From assembly GCA_015486075.1 (NCBI GenBank), contig WFSG01000012.1:21096-85095 (forward strand): 64,000 bases of DNA. The letters run 5' to 3'. A program made the position numbers and the translations under genes. Below, piece by piece: positions 30,403 through 39,223 of the stretch; position 1 is the stretch's first letter, and every line of letters begins with the position of its first letter. A model generated the notes under the pieces. It did not search any database. It was not told where the DNA came from and was given only the letters and a program-made list of their open reading frames with translations. This stretch comes from Deltaproteobacteria bacterium (lineage in GTDB: Bacteria > Desulfobacterota > Desulfomonilia > UBA1062).

Positions 30403-32403
30403 ATGCTTAATTTACTTACCCCCATAGATGTAGGTACGATCAGGATTAGAAACCGTATAGTGATGCCAGCAATGCATCTACTTTACACACCTGAAGGTGA
30501 AGTCACGGACCAGCTGGTTGCCTTCTATGCTGAGAGGGCTAGGGGTGGTGCAGGTTTGATCATTGTTGGTGGCTGCACCATAGACGAATACAGTGGAGGG
30601 TCCAACATGATAGGCCTGCATGAAGACAGGTTTATCCCAGGCCTAAAGAGACTCGTGCGCGAGGTCCATGATAACGGTGCCTTAATAGGCGCACAGCTAT
30701 ACCATGCAGGAAGGTATGCGCACTCAGCCCTCATTGGGAGGCAGGCAATAGCACCTTCAGCATTGGCCAGCAGATTCACACACGAAGAGCCCAGGGAGAT
30801 GAACAAGGATGATATAGCAAGGGTAATAGATAACTTTGCAAGGGCCTCAGCCAGGGCCAAGGAAGCCGGTTTTGACTTGGTGGAGATACTTGGATCAGCT
30901 GGTTACATAATATCCCAGTTTCTCTCCCCCATAACCAACAGGAGAACAGATGAATACGGGGGGGGTCTGGAGAACAGGATGAGGTTTGGCCTTGAGGTGG
31001 CCGATGCGGTCCGTAACGCAGTAGGAGATGACTATACAGTATTCATGAGGCTGGCGGGCAATGATTTTATGCCGGGTGGGAATACAAACAAGGAGGCAAG
31101 GATATTTGCAAGGGAGCTAGTAGGCCATGGTATAGATGCGTTCAACGTTACAGGTGGCTGGCATGAGACAAGGGTGCCGCAGATCCCAATGGAGGTACCC
31201 AGGGGAGGTTTTGCATACCTTGCCAAGGGCATAAAGGAGACCGTGAGTAAACCGATTATAGCCTGTAACAGGATAAATGACCCAATGCTGGCAGAAGAGA
31301 TTATCTCTAACGGCATAGCGGACATGGTTGGCTTTGCCAGGGGACTTATAGCAGATCCCATGATGCCGAAAAAGCTCGAGCAAGAAAGATCGAAGGAAAT
31401 CATGCCCTGCATAGGTTGCAACCAGGGTTGTTTCGATCACGTTTTCAGCCTTAAACCGGTAGAGTGCTTGGTTAACCCAAGGGCGGGTAGCGAAAGCAGT
31501 GTCCCCATGCACGTGAAGACAGGTTCTCGCAAGCATGTCATGGTGATAGGTGGAGGTCCGGCAGGCCTGTCTGCAGCGGCGGAAGCGGCTAGGTCGGGTC
31601 ACAAGGTTACCCTGTACGAGAGGACAGATAAACTGGGTGGACAGTTGCACATCGCAGGTGCCTTGGAGGAACGGAAGGAATTTATAACACTTGCCCATGC
31701 ATTGACTGCTCAGGCTTTTGCAACAGGTGTGTCGATTAAAACCGGTGTAACTGTGGACAGTAAAATTTTGAGGGACAATGAGCCAGACGTTGTAATGATT
31801 GCAACGGGCGGGAGGCCTGTTGTCCCACCGATCCCTGGCGTTGATGCTCAGAATGTCGTGCAGGCATGGGATGTACTCTCTGGCAGAGCAAACGTAGGCA
31901 AAGACATACTGGTGATAGGTGGAGGTGCCGTAGGTATAGAGACGGCAATATATCTGGCAAAGATAGGTACGGTAGATGCAGAGACCTTGAGGTTCTTGTT
32001 CTTGTACAATGCTGAGGATGTTGATACATTGAGGGAGATCTCGACAAGGGGGGTAAAGAACGTGAGGGTAATAGAGATGCTGGAAAGGCTGGGCGCAGAC
32101 ATTGGTTTCACAACGAGGTGGATTGAGCTAGGCATGCTCAGGAGGCACGGTGTAAAGGCTGGGACCGGTACAAAGGCCAAGGAGATAACCCCTGAAGGCG
32201 TGGTGGTTGAGATACAAGGGAGAGAAGAATTCATACCATGTGACACGGTAGTACTTGCGGTGGGGACTGCACCTATCAATTCCCTTAAAGGGTCTATTGA
32301 AGACATGGGTATAGATATTAAGGTAATAGGTGATGCAAAGAAGCCAAGGAAGGCCTTTGATGCAATAAGGGATGGTTTCTACGCGGCAAGGGAGATTAGT
32401 TAG
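30403..32403 (+). CDS. FMN/FAD-dependent NADH:flavin oxidoreductase of the Old Yellow Enzyme / 2,4-dienoyl-CoA reductase type
   Basis: OYE TIM-barrel N-terminus (RNRIVMPAM, HAGR), a Cys-rich 4Fe-4S linker (CIGCNQGC), and C-terminal FAD/NAD(P) Rossmann motifs (GGGPAGL, GGGAVG). Confidence 0.8.
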   Translation: MLNLLTPIDVGTIRIRNRIVMPAMHLLYTPEGEVTDQLVAFYAERARGGAGLIIVGGCTIDEYSGGSNMIGLHEDRFIPGLKRLVREVHDNGALIGAQLYHAGRYAHSALIGRQAIAPSALASRFTHEEPREMNKDDIARVIDNFARASARAKEAGFDLVEILGSAGYIISQFLSPITNRRTDEYGGGLENRMRFGLEVADAVRNAVGDDYTVFMRLAGNDFMPGGNTNKEARIFARELVGHGIDAFNVTGGWHETRVPQIPMEVPRGGFAYLAKGIKETVSKPIIACNRINDPMLAEEIISNGIADMVGFARGLIADPMMPKKLEQERSKEIMPCIGCNQGCFDHVFSLKPVECLVNPRAGSESSVPMHVKTGSRKHVMVIGGGPAGLSAAAEAARSGHKVTLYERTDKLGGQLHIAGALEERKEFITLAHALTAQAFATGVSIKTGVTVDSKILRDNEPDVVMIATGGRPVVPPIPGVDAQNVVQAWDVLSGRANVGKDILVIGGGAVGIETAIYLAKIGTVDAETLRFLFLYNAEDVDTLREISTRGVKNVRVIEMLERLGADIGFTTRWIELGMLRRHGVKAGTGTKAKEITPEGVVVEIQGREEFIPCDTVVLAVGTAPINSLKGSIEDMGIDIKVIGDAKKPRKAFDAIRDGFYAAREIS

Positions 32404-33100
32404 TATCTCTTGCCTCTAGGCTTTTCTGTATGGTCTGCTGCACCTTTCTCTGGAAAAGCCTTTTAAGTATATAGCTGCGCAGGAAGTCGACTATCTTGGA
32501 AATCTCGGCTGTTATACGGATATTTTCCTTCTTGGACTTGCCATGTACTAGTTTTTTTCTGACGCTTAACTCGTTATCTGTTATTTCCTTACCTAGCCTC
32601 ACGTAGAACTCCATATCCCCTAACTCGCCGCCTATATCAAGTAACCTCTTGAGCACGTCCCTCCCAAACCTTATATCTTCCTGGTTGAAGAGTTTCTTGT
32701 CGTTTTCCTGTATAAAGGGCATAAGTAGACCAAGTTTTTCTGCCTCATCCATTTCCTCTTGTGTGAGGCCTGTGTGCTTGAGAAATGCTTTATCATCGAC
32801 AAGTTCGCTCTTTACGTATGTCCTGGTGCCGAAGACCACGTCCTCTATGGCCTCGGCATCTTCCAGACTAAGTCCTTCATCCATGCGCCTCAGTATGTTT
32901 CTTATCACAGAGAGGGGGAAATACCTCCTCTCTTGGAGGTACCTGATGACGTGTATCTTTTCCACACATGACTCGTCGTAGTAGGCCATGCTTTTGTTAA
33001 CCTTACGGGGTTCAGGTAACAGGCCCTGCCTTACGTAGTAACGTATGGTCGATGCCGCAACCCCACTTTTCTTCGCTATCTCGCCTATCTTCTTCCCCAT
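32396..33100 (-). CDS. MerR-family transcriptional regulator with a long C-terminal domain
   Basis: MGKKIGEIAKKSGVAASTIRYYVRQGLL is a MerR HTH. About 170 aa of unknown effector domain follow. Divergent from the hydrogenase operon. Confidence 0.75.
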   Translation of the reverse strand: MGKKIGEIAKKSGVAASTIRYYVRQGLLPEPRKVNKSMAYYDESCVEKIHVIRYLQERRYFPLSVIRNILRRMDEGLSLEDAEAIEDVVFGTRTYVKSELVDDKAFLKHTGLTQEEMDEAEKLGLLMPFIQENDKKLFNQEDIRFGRDVLKRLLDIGGELGDMEFYVRLGKEITDNELSVRKKLVHGKSKKENIRITAEISKIVDFLRSYILKRLFQRKVQQTIQKSLEARDTN

Positions 33101-33363
33101 CCAAATTACCACCTGAAACTATAAAATAGGGTTCCAACAGAACTATATAGAACATTAATCAATATCTGTCAAAACAGACTTGAAAATCCATTTCATTCAT
33201 TTTTCGCCATAAGTATAGATCTCGTATTTTTCTCTGGACAAAAGTTTATCAGTATGTTAATAATTAAACAGTTGGATATAAACAACTAGGAGGGAATTTC
33301 TTATAATAGTAGGAGACTATGTCAGGTTATAATAGCTGGTAATAAGAGGTAAAGGAGAGATAG

Positions 33364-34395
33364 ATGAGGATAATAGATAAGAAGGACTTTATCGAGTTTG
33401 TTAATTTATTGATAACAAAAGATGCAAGAACCGTGGTCGGGGTGAAGGCAAAGGGTGACAAGTTCATATACGATGAGCTTGCTTCAGCTGATGAGCTGAG
33501 GCTGGATTTCGATGTAACTGTGCTTTCTCCCAAAAAATATTTCATGCCGCCAACAGAGACGCTATTAGAATACGATCTCTCTTCTGATTTCAAGGTTATG
33601 TCTGTAAACGAAGTCACACCCCTTATCATAATTGGCATACATCCATATGACCTGATTGCACTACAGCAGATGGAAACCGTGTTCAGGGATACGTATCCTG
33701 ATGCAAATCACCTTCTCAAACTCGAGAGGTCCATTCTTATAGGCACGAACATGCAGAACGTTTCCCCCCATTCCTTTGCCGCAAGCATGGGTACGGCAAC
33801 AACGAGGTACGGCTATGACCTCATGCTAACAGATATTGGTGACAGCTATTACGTTGAGCTAGGCTCAGATAGGGGAGAAGAACTACTTGAGAGATATGCC
33901 AGGGTGTCCATGCCTGATGAATCACACAAGAAGAGATTTGAGGCTGTGATAAATGGTATAGTTGGAAAGTTCCAGAAAAAGTTGAATTTTCCGGCCGATG
34001 AATTACCGGCCATACTTGCCAAGACATATGACAGTGACCTGTGGGCCAACAAGGCAGAGAAATGCCTGAGCTGTGGTTCATGCAATTTGGTCTGTCCCAC
34101 GTGTTATTGTTTCGATGTGCAGGATGTCACAGAGCTGAACCTTAGGAAAGGCGAGAGGATAAGGACCTGGGATGGTTGCCTGCTTGAGGATTTTGCAAAG
34201 GTTGCTACTGGTGAAAACTTTAGGGAGGACAGGGCGTCGCGCTACAGGCACAGGTTCATGAGGAAAGGCAAGTTCCTACACGAGAGATTTGGGTTCATAG
34301 CCTGCGTTGGATGCGGGAGATGTGCATCTGGATGCCTTCCCGACATAGCTGACCCTGTGGAAGTCTACAATACCCTGAAGGAGGAAGTGCTATGA
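33364..34395 (+). CDS. group 3 [NiFe] hydrogenase beta (iron-sulfur) subunit, sulfhydrogenase HydB-like
   Basis: Two ferredoxin-type CxxCxxCxxxCP motifs (CLSCGSCNLVCPTC, CVGCGRCASGC). First gene of a four-gene block with 4-bp overlaps. Confidence 0.75.
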   Translation: MRIIDKKDFIEFVNLLITKDARTVVGVKAKGDKFIYDELASADELRLDFDVTVLSPKKYFMPPTETLLEYDLSSDFKVMSVNEVTPLIIIGIHPYDLIALQQMETVFRDTYPDANHLLKLERSILIGTNMQNVSPHSFAASMGTATTRYGYDLMLTDIGDSYYVELGSDRGEELLERYARVSMPDESHKKRFEAVINGIVGKFQKKLNFPADELPAILAKTYDSDLWANKAEKCLSCGSCNLVCPTCYCFDVQDVTELNLRKGERIRTWDGCLLEDFAKVATGENFREDRASRYRHRFMRKGKFLHERFGFIACVGCGRCASGCLPDIADPVEVYNTLKEEVL

Positions 34396-35231
34396 CAAGG
34401 GAAAATGTCACTATTTATACACCGAGGCCTGCTACCATAAAAAGAATCAAGCAGATGACCGAGAACGAGAAGCTGTTCGAGATCATCCTTGATGACGATA
34501 TGCCCTTGGGACATAACCCCGGTCAATTCGTGGAGGTCTCGGTGATGGGTATAGGCGAGGCCCCAATATCTGTGTCATCTCCACCCACAAAGACAGACGG
34601 CTTTGAACTCTGTGTAAGGGCGGTAGGTAATGTCACAAGGGCCATGCACGCCATGAAGGTTGGCGACAAGATCGGCATCAGGGGACCATTTGGAAACGGT
34701 TTTAAAACTAACATGCTCAAGGGAAAGGACCTGCTCTTCATATGCGGTGGCCTTGGGTTTGCTCCCATGAGGTCGCTGATAAATTATGTCCTTGCCTACA
34801 GGAGGGATTACGGAGAGATAGCGGTCCTGTACGGGTGCAAGAGACCATGTGATCTGCTCTTTGCTGATGAGGTAAAGAGATGGAGATTTATGGACGGCAT
34901 ACTTGACCATCACCTTACTGTTGACGAGGTATGCGAGGGTGAGAGCTGGGAGCATAACATTGGTGTTATAACAACGTTGATCCCTAAGGCCAAGTTCAAT
35001 CCAGAGACAACCTATGCACTTATATGCGGTCCCCCGGTCATGTATCGCTACGTGATCCACTCTCTGAAGGAAAAGGGTTTGCCGGATGAACATATCATTG
35101 TATCCCTAGAGAGAAGGATGAAATGCGGGTTAGGGAAGTGCGGCCATTGCCAGATAAATTCCACGTACGTATGCCAGGATGGTCCGGTATTTGTGTACTC
35201 TGAGATCAAAGACTTACAGGAGGCAATATGA
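34392..35231 (+). CDS. group 3 [NiFe] hydrogenase gamma subunit (FAD/NAD(P)-binding, 2Fe-2S), HydG-like
   Basis: Ferredoxin-NADP reductase-like fold with a C-terminal 2Fe-2S CGLGKCGHCQ. Confidence 0.75.
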   Translation: MTRENVTIYTPRPATIKRIKQMTENEKLFEIILDDDMPLGHNPGQFVEVSVMGIGEAPISVSSPPTKTDGFELCVRAVGNVTRAMHAMKVGDKIGIRGPFGNGFKTNMLKGKDLLFICGGLGFAPMRSLINYVLAYRRDYGEIAVLYGCKRPCDLLFADEVKRWRFMDGILDHHLTVDEVCEGESWEHNIGVITTLIPKAKFNPETTYALICGPPVMYRYVIHSLKEKGLPDEHIIVSLERRMKCGLGKCGHCQINSTYVCQDGPVFVYSEIKDLQEAI

Positions 35232-35998
35232 TGAGACCGGGAGTCAAGCCAAGGGTGGCCTTTTTCGATTTTGCCAGTTGTGAGGGGTGCCAACTACAGG
35301 TAGTCAACCTGGAGGAATCCGTCATAGATCTTATAGACATAGTGAACGTGGTATCCTTTAGGGAGGCTATGAAGGAACATTCTGACGATTACGACATAGC
35401 ATTCGTGGAGGGTTCCATAATGAGGCCCATGGACGAGGAGCGCCTGAAGAATATAAGGAACAGGGCAAAGATACTTGTGGCACTAGGTGCATGTGCATGC
35501 ATAGGCGGTATTAATACATTAAGGAACAGGTACTCTGTAGAGCACGTGAAAAAGGTGGTTTACGGTGATGCGGATATGGATGGAAACCCATTTTTTGATG
35601 TGTTCCATACAAAGGCGGTTGGAGACGTGGTTGATGTGGATTACTATGTGCACGGGTGCCCCATAAACCGCGACGAGCTCGCAAAGGTCGTCACCTCCCT
35701 TGCTCTTGGTAAGAAGCCAGAGATACCGAACTATCCTGTGTGCGTTGAGTGCAAGAAAAAGGGAAACGTGTGCATATTTGAAAGGGGCGGTTTTTGCCTT
35801 GGCCCTGTAACAAGAGCCGGCTGTGGTGCCATATGCCCTACTAACGGGAGCGGATGCGAGGGTTGCCGTGGTCTGGTGGATAACCCCAACACAGATTCCG
35901 AGCTTGAGGTGCTTGAGAAATACGGGCTTAGACTTGAGGATGCACTCGGTAAATTCGACATTTTCTGTTACAGGTATAAGGGGGAGATAAGCAAATGA
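35228..35998 (+). CDS. [NiFe] hydrogenase small (delta) subunit
   Basis: FFDFASCEGCQ N-terminal proximal-cluster motif and GACAxxGG. The size fits a group 3 small subunit. Confidence 0.8.
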   Translation: MMRPGVKPRVAFFDFASCEGCQLQVVNLEESVIDLIDIVNVVSFREAMKEHSDDYDIAFVEGSIMRPMDEERLKNIRNRAKILVALGACACIGGINTLRNRYSVEHVKKVVYGDADMDGNPFFDVFHTKAVGDVVDVDYYVHGCPINRDELAKVVTSLALGKKPEIPNYPVCVECKKKGNVCIFERGGFCLGPVTRAGCGAICPTNGSGCEGCRGLVDNPNTDSELEVLEKYGLRLEDALGKFDIFCYRYKGEISK

Positions 35999-37296
35999 GC
36001 AATAAAATAGAGATAAAGATAGAACATGTCACCCGTGTTGAAGGACATGGAAACATAGTACTAAATGCTGAAGACGGTGCGGTTAAGCAGGTGCAGTGGC
36101 AGGTATCAGAGGCACCCAGGTTCTTCGAGGCCATGATGGTGGGCAGGGACTATTCAGAGCTTACCCATATTGCCTCAAGGATATGTGGAATATGTTCTAT
36201 ATCCCATGGCCTTGTTTCTCTGAAGGCAACGGAGAGGGCCATGGGCGTGGAGATCTCTGACCAGACCCTTTACTTAAGGAAACTGGCTCACCATGCCGAG
36301 CACCTGCAGTCTCACGTGTTACACGTGGGCTACCTTGTGGCACCTGACCTGTTTGGTGTGGGTAGTGTATTCCCGCTCGTTGGGACACACAAGGATACTG
36401 TGGTCAAGATTATAAAACTTCACCGTCTTGCAAACGAGATGTCGGATCTCTTTTGTGGTAGGACAACTCATCCTATAACCTTGACAGTAGGTGGATTTAC
36501 AAAGATACCCACGGAAAAGGAACTCGTGTCCTTGAGGCAGAGGCTTGAAGATGCCGTTGAGACGACTAAAGAGGTCGCTGGCGTGGTGCTTGCAGGCGTA
36601 GACAAGCTTCCAGACTTTACTCGGGAGACCGAGTACATTGCAATAAGTTCTGACGAAGAGTATGCAATGTACGACGGTGTCATAACGTCTACTGATGCAG
36701 GCAGGCTCAACAACGACGCCTATCAGGACATAACAAACGAGTTTGTGGTGCCGTACTCCACAGCAAAACATGCAAGGCACAAGAGGGATTCTTACATGGT
36801 GGGTGCACTCGCCCGCTTTAACCTAAACAGCGAGAAGCTGAGTCCCTTGGCTAGGCAGGTAGCCGATATGTTTGGCCTCAGACCCCTGAATTATAATCCC
36901 TACATGAACAGTGTTGCCCAGCTAGTAGAGGTGGCCCACTGCCTGGAGGATTCTATTGCAAAGGTGGATGCCCTGCTAGATACTGGGTTAAAGGACGAGA
37001 GACCTGACTTCAAGGTGAATCCCGGCAGGGGTGTTGGTGTTATAGAGGCACCTAGGGGGTTATTGATACACGACTACACCATAGACGAAAACGGCAAGTG
37101 CATCAAGGCCAACTGTGTAATACCCACGAACCAGAACCATAGGAATATCCAGAAAGACATGGAGGTGCTTGCACCTCTACTAATAAGTCAGGACAAGGAT
37201 AAGAAAGAGATAGAACTGACCTTGGAGATGCTCGTAAGGGCATATGACCCGTGCATCTCATGTTCTACTCATTACCTCAAGGTAGACTTCGAATAG
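35995..37296 (+). CDS. [NiFe] hydrogenase large (alpha) subunit
   Basis: N-terminal RICGICSISHG (L1 Ni-ligand motif) and C-terminal DPCISCSTH (L2 motif, Cys not Sec). Confidence 0.85.
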   Translation: MSNKIEIKIEHVTRVEGHGNIVLNAEDGAVKQVQWQVSEAPRFFEAMMVGRDYSELTHIASRICGICSISHGLVSLKATERAMGVEISDQTLYLRKLAHHAEHLQSHVLHVGYLVAPDLFGVGSVFPLVGTHKDTVVKIIKLHRLANEMSDLFCGRTTHPITLTVGGFTKIPTEKELVSLRQRLEDAVETTKEVAGVVLAGVDKLPDFTRETEYIAISSDEEYAMYDGVITSTDAGRLNNDAYQDITNEFVVPYSTAKHARHKRDSYMVGALARFNLNSEKLSPLARQVADMFGLRPLNYNPYMNSVAQLVEVAHCLEDSIAKVDALLDTGLKDERPDFKVNPGRGVGVIEAPRGLLIHDYTIDENGKCIKANCVIPTNQNHRNIQKDMEVLAPLLISQDKDKKEIELTLEMLVRAYDPCISCSTHYLKVDFE

Positions 37297-37356
37297 TAGT
37301 CCTTAGAGTTGCAGCAGGCACCTGATCCATTGTATTATGCACCAGGATAATAATTA

Positions 37357-37866
37357 ATGGCAAGGAAGGATAAGGTGCGGAAGATAGGTATTATCGGCAT
37401 AGGCAACATCCTCATGGGTGACGACGGCGTGGGCGTGGAGTTACTGAGGTTGTTGCAGGAAGAAAACCTGCCCCGTGGAGTAAACGTGGTGAATATTGGT
37501 ACCAATGCCATGGCCATGCTCCATAACCTTGCGCGCTTTGATGCAGCGATAATCCTGGATGCAGTTGATTTCAATGGGATCCCTGGCCAGGCATTGGTGT
37601 TCAGCCCTGACGAGGTAAGTACGAAGAAGGAACTATTGAGACTTTCTACCCATGAAAGTGATGTCCTGAACATTATAAGGCTGTCGAGGAACCTGGACGA
37701 ATGTCCAGAAGACATAAAGATATTCGCTATACAGCCCTTTTGCATGGACAGGGGGAAAGGACTCTCGCCCCAGGTAGAGAGTTTGTTACCTAGGTACAAA
37801 GAAGGTATCATGGAATTGGTAAATTCCATGCTCAAAAGTATGCATGGTGGAGTAAAAAGACCATAG
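37357..37866 (+). CDS. hydrogenase maturation endopeptidase (HycI/HybD family)
   Basis: IGIIGIGNILMGDDGVGVELLRLL is the family signature. Sits directly after the large-subunit gene. Confidence 0.8.
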   Translation: MARKDKVRKIGIIGIGNILMGDDGVGVELLRLLQEENLPRGVNVVNIGTNAMAMLHNLARFDAAIILDAVDFNGIPGQALVFSPDEVSTKKELLRLSTHESDVLNIIRLSRNLDECPEDIKIFAIQPFCMDRGKGLSPQVESLLPRYKEGIMELVNSMLKSMHGGVKRP

Positions 37867-37888
37867 GTATAGCACTGGAGAGGAGATC

Positions 37889-38122
37889 ATGTGTGTAGGT
37901 TTTCCAGGTAAGGTTGTCACAATGGATGATGATGGTGACTTCGGTATTGTAGATATAGGTGGTACCAGGAAAAGGGTGGTACTCATGCTTATAGACGAGG
38001 AACTGAACCCCGGTGATTATGTACTGGTTCATGCAGGGTTTGCCATTCACAAGATAGATGAAGACCTGGCCAAGGAAAAACTGGGCTATCTCGGGGAGTT
38101 GGTGGGTATTGAAATACATTGA
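37889..38122 (+). CDS. hypC: hydrogenase assembly chaperone HypC
   Basis: MCVGFPGKVV: MC at the N-terminus is the hallmark. 77 aa. Confidence 0.85.
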   Translation: MCVGFPGKVVTMDDDGDFGIVDIGGTRKRVVLMLIDEELNPGDYVLVHAGFAIHKIDEDLAKEKLGYLGELVGIEIH

Positions 38123-39197
38123 CGAATACAGGGATCGCTCTATTGTGGAGGCCCTTGTCTCCAGGATAAAGGGGAAGGCTAGGGAACTTAAAAGAGATAT
38201 TTCAATAATGGAGGTGTGCGGAACACATACCAACGCCATAGGTCGTTTTGGCATAAGGGGGATGCTTCCCACTAACATAAGACTAATATCAGGACCAGGG
38301 TGCCCTGTATGTGTTACTTCCATACATGACATAGATATAGCTCTTTACCTTGCTGGCCGGGATGATGTGATATTCGCGACCTTTGGAGACATGCTAAGGG
38401 TTCCAGGCACTGGAGGCTTGAACCTCCAGCAACTTAGGGCAAGGGGTGCAGACGTGCGTATAGTTACATCGCCCGTGGATTGCATCCCCTTCTGCCTGGC
38501 AAACCCTTTGAAAAAGGTAGTCTTCATGGGCATAGGGTTTGAGACAACCTCTCCAATGGTCTCTGCCCTTATACTCGAGGCAAAGAGGCATGGGCTTAGA
38601 AACCTTTTTGTCTTCTCCGTGCACAAGCTCATACCACCAGCTATCAAGCTACTTATGGATGATCCAGAGCTGAATATAGACGGCTTCATTTGTCCTGGTC
38701 ACGTAAGCACCATTATAGGAGCCAATGCCTACAGATTTATAGCTGAATCATCCAAAGCAGCTGTTGTAACAGGTTTTGAACCAGTGGACATCCTCGAAGG
38801 TATACTCATGATACTTGACCAGGTGCTGGATTCTGAGTTCAGGGTGGAGATACAGTATACAAGGGCAGTAAAGCCTGAGGGAAACCTGAAGGCAAAGAAA
38901 GTACTGTCGGATGTGTTTACCCCTTGTGATACCGAGTGGAGGGGCCTGGGAAGTATAGAGAAAAGCGGCCTTGCATTCAGGTACGTCTATAGAGAATTTG
39001 ATGTCACCCGGGCATTTGAGATACCCGCCATCAATTCAGAGGAGTTCCATGGATGCATATGTGCTGATATACTAAAGGGTTACAGCACACCGGTTGAATG
39101 TCCTTTGTTCAAGAAGGTATGTACACCATTGAACCCTGTCGGACCGTGCATGGTATCCAGCGAGGGTACCTGTGCTGCATACTACAGGTACTATTGA
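38109..39197 (+). CDS. hypD: hydrogenase maturation factor HypD
   Basis: TTG at 38109 gives LKYIDEYRDR, which resembles the E. coli HypD N-terminus MRFVDEYRAP. Carries EVCGTHT, GPGCPVCV and the FeS CxxHxS region. Overlaps the hypC end. Confidence 0.8.
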   Translation: MKYIDEYRDRSIVEALVSRIKGKARELKRDISIMEVCGTHTNAIGRFGIRGMLPTNIRLISGPGCPVCVTSIHDIDIALYLAGRDDVIFATFGDMLRVPGTGGLNLQQLRARGADVRIVTSPVDCIPFCLANPLKKVVFMGIGFETTSPMVSALILEAKRHGLRNLFVFSVHKLIPPAIKLLMDDPELNIDGFICPGHVSTIIGANAYRFIAESSKAAVVTGFEPVDILEGILMILDQVLDSEFRVEIQYTRAVKPEGNLKAKKVLSDVFTPCDTEWRGLGSIEKSGLAFRYVYREFDVTRAFEIPAINSEEFHGCICADILKGYSTPVECPLFKKVCTPLNPVGPCMVSSEGTCAAYYRYY

Positions 39198-39223
39198 GAT
39201 GTTGTTTCCCTGGTAGAGCTGAC

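Noticed and set aside
33821-34100. Two overlapping minus-strand ORFs (86 aa and 83 aa) inside the hydrogenase beta-subunit gene.
   Set aside because: Antisense to a gene with clear FeS motifs. No start context. This is an artefact.
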